From a virus (taxonomy: Duplodnaviria > Caudoviricetes), in the IMG/VR virus record IMGVR_UViG_3300005573_001184, positions 1 through 37,890 of that record: a DNA stretch of 37,890 nt; one strand, 5' to 3'. The notes below the pieces were generated by a model that had not been told where the DNA came from, ran no database searches, and was given only the letters and a program-made list of their open reading frames with translations. The translations under genes and the position numbers were made by a program. Below are positions 7,739 through 17,701 of the stretch, in pieces (within the stretch, counting starts at the first letter, position 1; each line of letters opens with the position of its first letter).

Positions 7739-9990
7739 TGTTCAGTTTGCTGCTGCGGCGCGCTTTCCTGCGGCGCGTTTTGGGTTGCTTGCATCTTGCT
7801 CTGAAGTCGTTTAGCGGCGAGGTCCGCCGCGGTTTTGTAGTCCTTGGCTTCGATTTCAGCTTGAAGCTTGAGCTTCTCAGCAGCAAGCCTCTGCTGCGAA
7901 GCCATCTCGCGCTGGCGCATCCTTTGCTCTGCTGCAGCTTCCTGTGCGCGAACTTTCGCGGCAGTCATCTCGTCTATCGCGCGCACCTTTGCGGCGACGT
8001 CAGGCGGCAACTGCCCTTGCGGCACCTGCGACGCCAACTGCTGGATCGCGGCCATCACACTCTGCAATTGAGCCATAAGTTGCCTTGCTTCCGGCCTGGC
8101 ACCGGCGATGCTCGATCTTTCTAGCACGCCGCCGATGTGCTGAGCCACGTTCACCAAACCGATCGCCGTTTCCTGTGACGGTACGATCTGGTTCGACATC
8201 AACTGGCTGACTCGGTTGCCGAGTATGGAAAGCAGAACGGTCGCGTACTCGATCGGGTCCACGTCATCCGGCACGATTACCGGGCCGCCCTGAGCCAACG
8301 TGCCGAACGCGAGTGTGGCGAACCGCGCCGTGTTTGACGGTGGCGGCTCGGTCTCTGGCACAAGTTCCATCGCTTTGTCTGGATCGTCGGTGTGCGCCAG
8401 AGTAAAGTCGCGGAGAATGATCCGCTGGCTTTGTGGCGGGTAAAGCTGAAGAGCAGCCATGAGCTCGTTCACCTGCGATATTTCGAGCACCTTGTTTCCG
8501 CCACCAATTGCGCGTTCCGGAGTTACTTCCCAACGCTCGAACTCGAGCGCGTCTTCTGAGATACCATCCTTCCTGAGGCCCTCTTGGAATGCTTTTACGT
8601 CCTTGTCGGTGCTGCCAGACAACGTGAACCGTCTGCAGATTTCGCGGTATTGCTTCTGCCGATAAATCGACTGCATTTGGACAAGCGAGGTTAGAAGCAC
8701 GCCAGCTTGCTGGACCTGCGCCAGAACTTGCGTGGCCGTCATCTCTTTCCTTGTGCCGGCGTCCGGGTCGGCAATGAATGACGCGCTGTTCTCGTTGATC
8801 AGTTGCCGCAACATGGCGTATCCAGCATTGATCAGGTTGTGGTCCACTGCGTACCGCTCCTGAGCGGGAACGTACTCGATACCGCGCGGCAGGATTGACA
8901 TGTTAGCGAGCATGACCATCGCCAGCTTGTCCCTGTCTTCCTCGCCTATGTTGCGGAACAGTTGGTTGCACGCCTCGAAAAGCGAATCCATCCAACGGCA
9001 GAACAGCCGGTTCGTCATGTTAAGGACCGGGTACAGCAAGTAGCCCATTCCGCGAACGCTGTGGTAACGGAATGGGGCGACATTACCGCCGTCTGCGTAC
9101 TGGACGTGCAAGATTTGGTCAATCGACGTAGCAAATCCGGATCTCTGCTGGTAAAGGAACTCGGCCTTGCCGGCCTTGCCGGAGTCTCGAACGTCTTGGA
9201 TTATCGACAGTTCCCAGCGCGGTTCGTCTTCGTCGTCAGTTAGCTGGTAGAACCACCACAGCTTGGCCGTCGGGATCAGGTCACTGGCATAGTACAAGCC
9301 GTTTTGTTTGAACTGCTCCGCCAGTTTTTCAGGAAAATCGTAATCAGTCCGACCGTGGTCTTGGAATTGATCGTCAGCAAGAGAAGCGATCAGGCGCTTG
9401 ACGGCTGGCACGTTCCAGCCGGGATCAACGTTTTTGCCGCTGATCTTACGAAGCAGCTCTGCGGCGCTTGCCTCTTGGTACACCGCGAAGAACGACACGT
9501 TGCTGAAGTCCACGTAAGCGTTCGTCGGGACTTTCAGGTCCTCGATGCTGAGAAGCACCGGACACCACGCGTGGCGGTCGTCCCACATGCTCGGGCCCCT
9601 GCCATGAATGACCACGTTGGCGTCTGCTCCGCGGAGTATCTCGTAGAACCGCATCGATCCCCGGAGAATTCTGTTCAGGCGATTGGTGACCTCGTACGAG
9701 ACAATTTCAGCCTTGGACTTGTCCTTAAGATCAACGCTGACCTTGAAAAAACGCCCGTTACGCATTGTAGCCTGGGCGAGCTGGCGGCGTGCCTCGTGAG
9801 CGACTCTGGGCGCAATCAACGGCTGCACGTTGGTGAAGATGTGATTTTCTTCCGCCTCTTTTTCCGTCCACGGCGGAGCACCGTTGTAGAGGTCGTTTAG
9901 AGCAGCGCGGTTTGCAGCGCGCCCTTTGGCGTCTTCGCGCTTGAGGTGCTCCACTATGTCGCGGATTTTCTCTGGATCAGATATTCTCAT
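7735..9990 (-). CDS. Portal protein (head-tail connector)
   Basis: 751 aa helical protein with LYNGAPPW near the N-terminus, KEMTATQV motif and Q/A-rich C-terminal coiled coil, as in podovirus-type portals. Synteny with scaffold and capsid. Confidence 0.8.
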   Translation of the reverse strand: MRISDPEKIRDIVEHLKREDAKGRAANRAALNDLYNGAPPWTEKEAEENHIFTNVQPLIAPRVAHEARRQLAQATMRNGRFFKVSVDLKDKSKAEIVSYEVTNRLNRILRGSMRFYEILRGADANVVIHGRGPSMWDDRHAWCPVLLSIEDLKVPTNAYVDFSNVSFFAVYQEASAAELLRKISGKNVDPGWNVPAVKRLIASLADDQFQDHGRTDYDFPEKLAEQFKQNGLYYASDLIPTAKLWWFYQLTDDEDEPRWELSIIQDVRDSGKAGKAEFLYQQRSGFATSIDQILHVQYADGGNVAPFRYHSVRGMGYLLYPVLNMTNRLFCRWMDSLFEACNQLFRNIGEEDRDKLAMVMLANMSILPRGIEYVPAQERYAVDHNLINAGYAMLRQLINENSASFIADPDAGTRKEMTATQVLAQVQQAGVLLTSLVQMQSIYRQKQYREICRRFTLSGSTDKDVKAFQEGLRKDGISEDALEFERWEVTPERAIGGGNKVLEISQVNELMAALQLYPPQSQRIILRDFTLAHTDDPDKAMELVPETEPPPSNTARFATLAFGTLAQGGPVIVPDDVDPIEYATVLLSILGNRVSQLMSNQIVPSQETAIGLVNVAQHIGGVLERSSIAGARPEARQLMAQLQSVMAAIQQLASQVPQGQLPPDVAAKVRAIDEMTAAKVRAQEAAAEQRMRQREMASQQRLAAEKLKLQAEIEAKDYKTAADLAAKRLQSKMQATQNAPQESAPQQQTEQ

Positions 9991-10027
9991 AGTGCGGTTC
10001 TACTATTCAAATGTGCCATGAATACGG

Positions 10028-10444
10028 TCAGACTGTCAACATGAGTTTACGCATGATGTCGCTGGTGTGCACATTGAAGACCTTAGGCACAATCACGATT
10101 TCTGCTCCGACCTCCTTTGCTACGGCAACTTCGCTTTTATTGAGCGTCTCTGGCGTGTAATCCCCGCCCTTCACCCAGACATTTGGACGCAGCTCAAGCA
10201 GCAGTCTCGTGACGCGCATTTCATCGAAGACTACAACTTCATCCACGTAACGGACGGATTCAAGCGCGAATTTTCTTGCCTCGACTGGCTGCAACGGGTG
10301 GCCGACCCCCTTCAACAGGAGAACGGATTCGTCAGAGTTAAGCCCGACGATAAGCTTATGACCCCGCCTTGCAGCCTCCCTCAGCAGGGCAATGTGACCG
10401 GCGTGAAGAATCTCGAAACAACCGTTGGTGAATACCGTTTTCAT
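10028..10444 (-). CDS. hldC: Sugar-phosphate nucleotidyltransferase, HldC/RfaE domain II-like (ADP-heptose synthase adenylyltransferase)
   Basis: VFTNGCFEILHAGH (HxGH), LIVGLNSDESV..LKG, YVDEVVVFDE, VKGGDY. Confidence 0.85.
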   Translation of the reverse strand: MKTVFTNGCFEILHAGHIALLREAARRGHKLIVGLNSDESVLLLKGVGHPLQPVEARKFALESVRYVDEVVVFDEMRVTRLLLELRPNVWVKGGDYTPETLNKSEVAVAKEVGAEIVIVPKVFNVHTSDIMRKLMLTV

Positions 10445-10461
10445 GACTTCATGGCCTTACT

Positions 10462-11328
10462 TTAACCGTGAAATTTTGGTGCATTGCACTTCCGGCATAT
10501 CGGCGGCATAGCATCGATGTCCAACGCGGCATGCGCCTTGCGCATTTCGACAAACCGTGGACCATTGATGATGTCAACCAGCCGCTTTTGTTTGATATTG
10601 CCGTAGATAGTTTCGCCTGTGAGATCGAAACAGCACTGGCCAACGTCGCCGTTGTTATAGATGTAAACGTGGGTCATCGCGCGGTCGCATATTTTTCGCG
10701 GCATGTCAGCGGTGATTTCTTCGCCGACAGAATCGCGGATCAAACCTCCGAAATTACTGAAGCATCCAAAGCAACATGGGACGCCGCGCTTGGCGCACTC
10801 GTCGGAAAGCAGGCCTTTGTCGTCGATCGTCTTTGAGAATTGACACATTGTGACGGAAATCTCCGTGTTCGATTTGAGCTTGCGCTTTATCTCGAGCGCG
10901 GAATCGACATTCCTCCATACGACGTCCCAATCCAAGCCTGTATTGGCTTTAAGATGCTCTCTGGTCCCGCCTTGAATCGAGAATATCAGGTGATCGACAT
11001 TGCCAGCGCCAAGAATGGGTTCTACGCATTCCGGGGTCGCCAACAATCCGTTCGTGTAGATTGTAACTTTTAGCGTGGGGTAATTGTCAGCGATGCCTTT
11101 TACAAAGCTAGGCATTCTACTATCAGCGAACGGATCGCCGTTGATGAACGGACAAAGACGTGTAACTCCGACTTCGACGATTTGTTCGATTGCCAACCAA
11201 AACAACGGAGTCGGCATTGTGCCTAGCGGACGTTTTGTCAGGCGCCGCGGGCACATACCACAGTGCGCAGGGCATGCGGTTGTGGTCTCAACTTGCGACA
11301 AGTTTGCGGTGATACTCGAAGGTGTCAT
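10462..11328 (-). CDS. Radical SAM protein with SPASM/twitch domain
   Basis: CPAHCGMC (CxxxCxxC), NGDPF, YTNGLL, C-terminal C...GDVGQCCFD...GNI...CRKC. Confidence 0.9.
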   Translation of the reverse strand: MTPSSITANLSQVETTTACPAHCGMCPRRLTKRPLGTMPTPLFWLAIEQIVEVGVTRLCPFINGDPFADSRMPSFVKGIADNYPTLKVTIYTNGLLATPECVEPILGAGNVDHLIFSIQGGTREHLKANTGLDWDVVWRNVDSALEIKRKLKSNTEISVTMCQFSKTIDDKGLLSDECAKRGVPCCFGCFSNFGGLIRDSVGEEITADMPRKICDRAMTHVYIYNNGDVGQCCFDLTGETIYGNIKQKRLVDIINGPRFVEMRKAHAALDIDAMPPICRKCNAPKFHG

Positions 11329-11881
11329 AGAAGGCGTTTGCTCTTTGTTGGTCCTCTTCCGTTTTGGTGTGGGTCATACACACGCTCCGGTTCGGCCCGA
11401 GCCTAACGACCTTCAGGCCGGTTGTATCTGGCCATTCGTGCACTCGGTGGATCCAGCGAACGCATGTCCTGTGCAATTTCGGTTGCCAATCAGGCCAATT
11501 CACCCAGTCTTGGACGGTGCCGTTTCGAAGAAGAACCGTGTTCCGCCTCGGCAATTCGACGATGTCGCAGTCGCATAGCACAAGGATTTTAAGCGCGGCC
11601 CACAATTCTGGCGTCAGATTTTCGTCTGTGTCGATGTGAAGGATCCACCCCGGACGCGCACATTCAACCGCGAAATTTCTTTGCCCGGCAAAATCAGCGT
11701 TAAGCGGTCTTTTGATGTATTTGGCGAACCCCTCCTTGTATCCCTCGATTCCGTCTTCTGCGCCTTCATCAAGAACGACGATGGCTTGGTCTATCCATTG
11801 CTCAGCCGTATCCATCATCTGTCTGAACTGCTCTGGTTTGTATTTGGCGATGCACACCAATGTCAATGCAGGCGTTTGCAT
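11288..11881 (-). CDS. Glycosyltransferase family 2 (WaaE/KdtX-like)
   Basis: DFAGQRNFA, WILHIDTDE (DxD), WPDWQPKL, VHE. Confidence 0.85.
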   Translation of the reverse strand: MQTPALTLVCIAKYKPEQFRQMMDTAEQWIDQAIVVLDEGAEDGIEGYKEGFAKYIKRPLNADFAGQRNFAVECARPGWILHIDTDENLTPELWAALKILVLCDCDIVELPRRNTVLLRNGTVQDWVNWPDWQPKLHRTCVRWIHRVHEWPDTTGLKVVRLGPNRSVCMTHTKTEEDQQRANAFYDTFEYHRKLVAS

Positions 11882-12417
11882 ACGAACAACCTAGTCTTTC
11901 TGAGGATTTGAATTCTATCCTTGGCTTGTTCGGCGAACATGTCTATTGCGACCTTCGGACAATCCGACTTTTCGTTGTGCCACGTATAATCATCGGCAAT
12001 CACTATTCCACCGTTACGTACGACGCGATACGCCTCGGTCAGGTCATGGATCACGTCGAAGGCTTCGTGGCTGCCATCTATAAACACCACATCGTATCTT
12101 TCGCTGTCCAAACATCGCCATGCTTGCCATGCATCCATCTTGTACACGGTAATGCGATCGGCATACTTGGCGGTGTTGGCACTGAACCTTGCCAATAGGA
12201 AAGCCGTGTCCAAATCCGATTGGTCAGCGCCGCCCTTGAAGTGATCAATCGCAACCAGTTCTGCCATCGGACAGTGCTGCATAAACCATACCGTTGACCT
12301 TCCCTCGAAACTTCCGACCTCGACGATTCTCAGCGCGTTGGTAGGCACGACAGCAGCCATCTCTGATTCGATGTCCGCGAACCAATCGTACCTGAATGTG
12401 TTGGGCGTAAAGTTCAT
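11863..12417 (-). CDS. Class I SAM-dependent methyltransferase (Methyltransf_24-like)
   Basis: VEVGSFEGRS, AIDHF, VFIDGSH, GGIVIADDY. Confidence 0.88.
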   Translation of the reverse strand: MNFTPNTFRYDWFADIESEMAAVVPTNALRIVEVGSFEGRSTVWFMQHCPMAELVAIDHFKGGADQSDLDTAFLLARFSANTAKYADRITVYKMDAWQAWRCLDSERYDVVFIDGSHEAFDVIHDLTEAYRVVRNGGIVIADDYTWHNEKSDCPKVAIDMFAEQAKDRIQILRKTRLFVCKRLH

Positions 12418-15185
12418 AGGTACGCTTTTATGATGTCTTCCGTCATCGCCGCCGTTCTATCCCACGTGAACCGCCGGGCATAGGACTCGGCCGTCAGCGA
12501 ACGCCTCGTGTACTCTTTTGCTTCGAGTTCGGCGGTCGCCCGTAGAACATAAACGAGGTGTCCCGCGTCTGGCGCGGCCCATTTACCAGTTTTAGGATGA
12601 ACATCGTCATCGCGCAGGACTTCGGAATGTTTCACGTAGAACGCGAATGAATCGTCCGTGAACTCACGCAACCCCGCGTAGTTGATTGCAATCGGCACAA
12701 CTCCATGCGCCATGGCTTCTTGAACGTGAAGTTCCCAGCCGCCAGGAGCTGGATTTACAATAAAATGCAGTGAATCGTACCATTCGGCCATCTCTTCATC
12801 GGTCAGATACCTGTTGATGGCCACAAATCTACTGTCATTCGGCAAGTCAGGCCACGGCCCATCGTAGCCTTTGATCTGCAATTGGGCGAGACCAGGCTTT
12901 GGAAACGCTTTCACGAAGGCTTCAATGATCTGTTTCAACATCTTCCGCCGTTGTGACGGCTCGCTCATACGCATCGCGCAGCCGTACACAATGGGGATTC
13001 CGAACTTCCTGGGTTTTTTCCGCTTGTGCAGTCCGGTGTTAATGCCGAGATCAATCCTGTGTACTGGCACAATAACTCCGGAACTGACCATGACGTCGCG
13101 ACAGTAATTTGACGGCACGATAACACATCGCGCTTGGTTTAGCGTCTTTACGGCCTTGCGAGGGAGCGAACTGCTTTCCCAGATTGTTATCACAATGTCG
13201 CCGTCGCGTGCGGTATCCATTATGATGGGTATGGCGTCAAAAACAACTCTGCATTTTGCGCCCGTTGCGGACTCATGCAAGTTAAATGGATGCTTGCCGT
13301 ACGTTTCGTCAGAACGTGTCGGTACCCATACGGGCAGGACCGTCTTAAACCGTTTGGCCACTTCATACGCCCACCGTCCAATCCCGCTGTTGACGTCGCG
13401 AAGAGCGGCCCACTCTATAGTTGGCCGAAATTCAACGTCAGGTAACGGCCCACATGCACCGTAATTGAACCCCTCGTAGTTGAAAAAGCAATTCTGTGCA
13501 ATCGGCGTAAACTCCACGACCGCAGGTTTCCCCATCCCCACAGCAATCGCCAGCGGAGCGGATTGATTGCCGATGAATAGCGAACAACCGGCAATGATGG
13601 AAGCTGCTTCCATCAGGTCTTTTGTGGGTATATACGCAACGTCTCCACAGTCCGCCACAAACGCTTCGTACTCTTTCGGTGTACCGATAAACCCTGCTAT
13701 ACCTCGGTACTTTTCGATAATTTTCGGCCAAGGAAACTCTGGATTATGATAACGCAATGACCTCGCCATGACGACAGCAGGGGCTTTCTCGCTCGGCTCA
13801 GCCCAAAGCCATGGCGTCGAATCAATCCATGTCGGCAGACCACACTGTTTCAGATGAAGCGCAGACAACCGCCAGTGCCGGTGGACCCCAAGTTGTTCTC
13901 CGTGAATTAAGTGTCTGAATTCATCGAGCATGACCGCGTCTTTTGGCGGGCAGTCAGCAAATTCAGCGTCTTTGATGTAAGGCTGGTTTTTCAGAAGCGG
14001 GATGATCAGATCTGCGCGCTCTTTGGTCATCGGCTCGCGCGTGATATATGGCGCGGCGTCTTTGCATCTGGTCAGCACGATTTTACCGCCGCCAAGTGCC
14101 CTGATCGCGGGCAACGAGTAAATGATGTCGCCCAAATCGCCACTATGACAAAACACACGTTCGCTGCTTGCCGAAGTCAGCGGCAGACATTTGATCGTCG
14201 TTTGTGCGGATAACCGTGCTTCAGGCGGCTCAGTATCGGATTCGACATCTCGCGGATCATTTGTCGGTGGTTGATCTACATTTTTGGTTTCTGGAGCTAA
14301 TTCGGCATTAGCTTTTGTATCCCGTCGCGAAACCTCTGCAGTCGCGCCAGATTTGTCGCCATTGGTTGTCGTCGAAACTTTCTGGTCGGCTACTCCGCTG
14401 GGTTGCGGCTTGTCTTTCGCGCGAACGTCAGAGTCAAAGGACGTCGAAAGTAGGTTTACAACGTCACCGAACTTGTCGGTGTGCACGAGAACTGCGTTCG
14501 GGTTGATGTCGCTCTTTTCCGTCCATCTGAGCGGAGCGCGGTTCCTTCCAAGCCGGAACTGGATCAGATCAGTGCAGCCAATGTTACGCGGTCCGAGCAG
14601 CCGCGAGAGAACCACATCGAATGGCTTGTCCATGTTGTCGATCACGGCGTTGATCATCTCGCGCTGGAGAGCTTTTGAGTACACAGCAACCCCGTTCACG
14701 CCGACTGACGGCAACGGAGGCCTTCCTTTGATGCAGGCCCCGAACACGAGTTTCCCAGATTCCTTAAAGGCCTTGTACAACTCGGAAGTCCATGTGTTCT
14801 TAGTAGGCACCGAGTCTGGTTCCCAGAACAGCCACGCGTCAACGTCATATGTTTCAACCGCGTTGTACGCGCAGATGAACGCAGCGTTTGGCCCAGCCGG
14901 CCATTCCTTGCTTCCCGGGAACGCTAGCTGCGGCACAACCTCGACCCTGTCAGCCAGCGGTGAAGCAAGCTGTTTAAGCACGATGATCCTGTTGCCGCCG
15001 AGGTTGTCTGGCAGCAGGAGCATCACTCCTGCTTTAGGAGCTTCCAGCCTGCATGCCCAAGCAAGCGTTTTGATCGCAAGCTTGTAGTCCTCTCCGCAGA
15101 CCGGCATTACAAGGGCGAACCGCTTCAAGGGTTCATTATCCAGCAGTTCGACGGAAGTGATTCTAATGTTTCCTGGCTCGTCCAT
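12414..15185 (-). CDS. Three-domain glycosyltransferase: GT-A-like + GT9 heptosyltransferase-like + GT4 (GT-B)
   Basis: N-terminal WLFWEPDSVP/NGVAVY/FDV domain; S/T/D/P-rich linker; SGDLGDIIYSLP...LFIGNQSAPLAIA (GT9-like); C-terminal WES, GWELHVQEAMAHG, FTWDRTA (GT4-like). Confidence 0.8.
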   Translation of the reverse strand: MDEPGNIRITSVELLDNEPLKRFALVMPVCGEDYKLAIKTLAWACRLEAPKAGVMLLLPDNLGGNRIIVLKQLASPLADRVEVVPQLAFPGSKEWPAGPNAAFICAYNAVETYDVDAWLFWEPDSVPTKNTWTSELYKAFKESGKLVFGACIKGRPPLPSVGVNGVAVYSKALQREMINAVIDNMDKPFDVVLSRLLGPRNIGCTDLIQFRLGRNRAPLRWTEKSDINPNAVLVHTDKFGDVVNLLSTSFDSDVRAKDKPQPSGVADQKVSTTTNGDKSGATAEVSRRDTKANAELAPETKNVDQPPTNDPRDVESDTEPPEARLSAQTTIKCLPLTSASSERVFCHSGDLGDIIYSLPAIRALGGGKIVLTRCKDAAPYITREPMTKERADLIIPLLKNQPYIKDAEFADCPPKDAVMLDEFRHLIHGEQLGVHRHWRLSALHLKQCGLPTWIDSTPWLWAEPSEKAPAVVMARSLRYHNPEFPWPKIIEKYRGIAGFIGTPKEYEAFVADCGDVAYIPTKDLMEAASIIAGCSLFIGNQSAPLAIAVGMGKPAVVEFTPIAQNCFFNYEGFNYGACGPLPDVEFRPTIEWAALRDVNSGIGRWAYEVAKRFKTVLPVWVPTRSDETYGKHPFNLHESATGAKCRVVFDAIPIIMDTARDGDIVITIWESSSLPRKAVKTLNQARCVIVPSNYCRDVMVSSGVIVPVHRIDLGINTGLHKRKKPRKFGIPIVYGCAMRMSEPSQRRKMLKQIIEAFVKAFPKPGLAQLQIKGYDGPWPDLPNDSRFVAINRYLTDEEMAEWYDSLHFIVNPAPGGWELHVQEAMAHGVVPIAINYAGLREFTDDSFAFYVKHSEVLRDDDVHPKTGKWAAPDAGHLVYVLRATAELEAKEYTRRSLTAESYARRFTWDRTAAMTEDIIKAYL

Positions 15186-15481
15186 CTTAGTATGTGATCG
15201 AGGTCAACATGCACTTTCAGGCCAATCAGACAATCGCATGCCCGGCAAATTCCGATTTTGTCATCAAACTCGAGCGACAAATCCTGCCCTGACGCCGCTT
15301 CCCATGCTTTTCGTGTCGCCAGCATCGGCGCCTTGAGGCGGTGGTTCGGCGCGTTTTTCGGGCACTGCAGGCAGATTTTGGCCCGGGCAATCGCTACTTC
15401 TCGCGGCACCGGCGCTTTCCGTTGGCCGAACAGCTCCAGCAGCGCAGCTGCGCCACGACTATAGTGGCTTAGTTTTCCCAC
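15125..15481 (-). CDS. Hypothetical Cys-rich (zinc-binding?) protein
   Basis: 118 aa, GTG start overlapping the upstream gene; CLQCPKN, CRACDC, PSNCW. Confidence 0.65.
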   Translation of the reverse strand: MGKLSHYSRGAAALLELFGQRKAPVPREVAIARAKICLQCPKNAPNHRLKAPMLATRKAWEAASGQDLSLEFDDKIGICRACDCLIGLKVHVDLDHILRWTSQETLESLPSNCWIMNP

Positions 15482-15815
15482 AACCGGCGCATCCTTTCTT
15501 CTGTTTTATGACGGCGACACCGAGAACCGGGCTGACCGCTCCCGGAATTCCACCCGGTGCCGCCGTCGGTGTGGCCTCACGCAAATCAAGCGGGAGGCCA
15601 AGCTCTTTCCTCTTCGCGACCAGAACGTCCATCTGGCAATCCTCGAACGCCCAGCGCGGCAGACCGTTCCGGCGCCTGTAGTTGGACAATGCCAAAGCGG
15701 TTTCCCAGAAACCGTCCCGCGATACTACCGCCCCGGTTTTTTCGTCCTTGTAGGACCATTTGCCGCCGTGCTGTATGGCAAGATTCAGTGGTCTTATGAA
15801 TGGATCAGTCTTCAT
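15459..15815 (-). CDS. Hypothetical protein
   Basis: 118 aa, ATGA-coupled to the terminase stop; ends in KKGCAGCG. Confidence 0.65.
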   Translation of the reverse strand: MKTDPFIRPLNLAIQHGGKWSYKDEKTGAVVSRDGFWETALALSNYRRRNGLPRWAFEDCQMDVLVAKRKELGLPLDLREATPTAAPGGIPGAVSPVLGVAVIKQKKGCAGCGKTKPL

Positions 15816-17578
15816 GCTGGAACAAGCTCGTGCGCCCTCGCGGCCTCGAGGAACGCGCGCTGCGTTTTTTCAAGCCATTCAACTCTGTCGATTGATCTCT
15901 TGGACGGATGTTGCGCACCAATCTCGAAGCCGTTGCGCCGGGCAACCTCAAGCGCGATAACAAACGCGTCGAACAGGTCCGGTGACCTGCCCATGCGCCG
16001 TCGTGTATCGATCTTCTTCTCAACGTCCTGCTTGCCGTCTTTCGTGACGAAGTACTCACGCAACGCGCCCTCTTCAAAAACGCTGATTGGCAATTGCCGG
16101 ATTTGCCCGCAGGTGATGGCGTGTCGGGCCGCAAACCACAACGACGTCACCATCTTGCCGTACAGGTCGCGCTCGCTGCGTTCTGGATCGCCAGCGGCAG
16201 GCCTGTCCGGAGGCCGTCCACCAAAGTCAATTGCGTGGATGTTCGGGCTCCACGCTCGCGCTATTGCTACGCCAACGGAGCCATGACCCGTGGCGTCAAA
16301 GCCGAATCGCGAAGGCTTTATGTTGTTCGCCACCGCGTAATCCCTGACGAAGTATCCGATTTGGTCCTCAGCGGTCATTGGTTTGCCCGTTTCGTCAACC
16401 TTTCCGCTTACCAACGGAACGATGATTGGCCCATCGGTCACAGCTGCGATTCTGTAACCGTAAACGTCGGTGCCAATGGTAAGCCTGATCAGAACCGTTC
16501 TGTCGCCGTCTTCCATGGACAGCGCAGGGTCAAGCCCGACAACGTCGATCAGGTCGCCGGAGCCGTCCCATACGACCTCGCCGAATGCATTGCCTCGCTC
16601 GCACATAGGTTTCGTGATCACACGCCGGCTACCGACGCCCTTGGGCATGATGCCCATGTTCATCATTTGGAATTGCCACGAATCCTCGCCGAACCGGAGC
16701 TTGTCTTCCTCAAGCTGCTTTGGCGTGATCAAGTACGGGTATTTGACTCCATCTGGGCCGAAGTTCGGTCCATCAGGTCCGTAGAGCTGAATCGTGACAG
16801 AATTGCTCCCCACGGCCTTCCAAGTGCAGGTCTTTCGTGGTTGAACGAAACCGTCCCAGCCTCCGAGTTCTTTTGCCGGCTCTGCAATGACTCCGAGGGC
16901 GTCCATTGGGTCCTTCGGATTCCCAAGCGCAACGAACTTCGTGACGGGGCTTTTACGCAGATTCGCCGTTGCGTCCCAGAATGACCGCGGCATAAGGCTC
17001 GCTTCGTCAAAGATGCCGATCAACCTCTCATTATGCAGGCCGACGTATGAACCAATGCCAACCCAGTTGTCGCCAAGCTTGCAGGCGAGGCCGATGATAG
17101 CGTCCTTTGAAACCTTGATTTCGTCTTCAGACGGTTGCGCCGCGAAAATCTTAAATTCGCTCTCGACGATGTAGCCGGGCGCGGTTGGCCGCAGTGCCTT
17201 CACCTTGTGCAAGATTTCTGTGAGCGCACCCCAAACGCGGAGACGGAGCCCAGACAGGGTAATGGAGGAACAGAGGATGCTCGTGCCTTTGGGGTGCGCA
17301 AAAAATTCTGCGTAGGCGCACATCGCAGCCGTGTATGTCTTTCCGGAGGCGGCTGGCCCGAGTATTGCGACCGTATCGTGCAGCGGCCACTCGTTGATGA
17401 TCAACTCCGAATAGGAATTGAAGTCAAACCACGGCGCGAGGTGCTTGATTAGCTCACGAAAATGGTGGACCGGGCCGAGCCCGATCTTGGTGCCACCAAC
17501 ATCGTAGTATCCGCCGCGAGCGTACATGAAAGCCTCGACTTCGGCCGGGTCGGTTGTGTTCCAAACCCTGCCGTACAT
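15812..17578 (-). CDS. terL: Terminase large subunit, ~588 aa
   Basis: Walker A GPAASGKT, Walker B GIFDEAS, motif C LGNP, RNase H-like nuclease VGLDPA...GD, FDATG, SPDLFDA. Start chosen at MYGRVW (17578), downstream of the putative promoter. Confidence 0.92.
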   Translation of the reverse strand: MYGRVWNTTDPAEVEAFMYARGGYYDVGGTKIGLGPVHHFRELIKHLAPWFDFNSYSELIINEWPLHDTVAILGPAASGKTYTAAMCAYAEFFAHPKGTSILCSSITLSGLRLRVWGALTEILHKVKALRPTAPGYIVESEFKIFAAQPSEDEIKVSKDAIIGLACKLGDNWVGIGSYVGLHNERLIGIFDEASLMPRSFWDATANLRKSPVTKFVALGNPKDPMDALGVIAEPAKELGGWDGFVQPRKTCTWKAVGSNSVTIQLYGPDGPNFGPDGVKYPYLITPKQLEEDKLRFGEDSWQFQMMNMGIMPKGVGSRRVITKPMCERGNAFGEVVWDGSGDLIDVVGLDPALSMEDGDRTVLIRLTIGTDVYGYRIAAVTDGPIIVPLVSGKVDETGKPMTAEDQIGYFVRDYAVANNIKPSRFGFDATGHGSVGVAIARAWSPNIHAIDFGGRPPDRPAAGDPERSERDLYGKMVTSLWFAARHAITCGQIRQLPISVFEEGALREYFVTKDGKQDVEKKIDTRRRMGRSPDLFDAFVIALEVARRNGFEIGAQHPSKRSIDRVEWLEKTQRAFLEAARAHELVPA

Positions 17579-17617
17579 CGTCAAGTTTCTGGCACCTTGT
17601 TTTCGCGCCACGTCGCA

Positions 17618-17645
17618 ACAATACGCATTTGCTGATCGACTGCAA
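17618..17645 (-). promoter_or_regulatory. Putative promoter for the terL/virion operon
   Basis: TTGCAG-N16-TATTGT in the AT-rich divergent intergenic region. Confidence 0.4.
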
Positions 17646-17666
17646 GAAAAAAATGCATAATTTTGC

Positions 17667-17694
17667 TTGACACGTTTTCGGCGTTGTGTATCGT
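17667..17694 (+). promoter_or_regulatory. Putative sigma70 promoter for the replication operon (leaderless)
   Basis: TTGACA-N16-TATCGT with an upstream A-tract; ATG lies 7 nt after the -10. Confidence 0.55.
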
Positions 17695-17701
17695 GCCCGA
17701 C

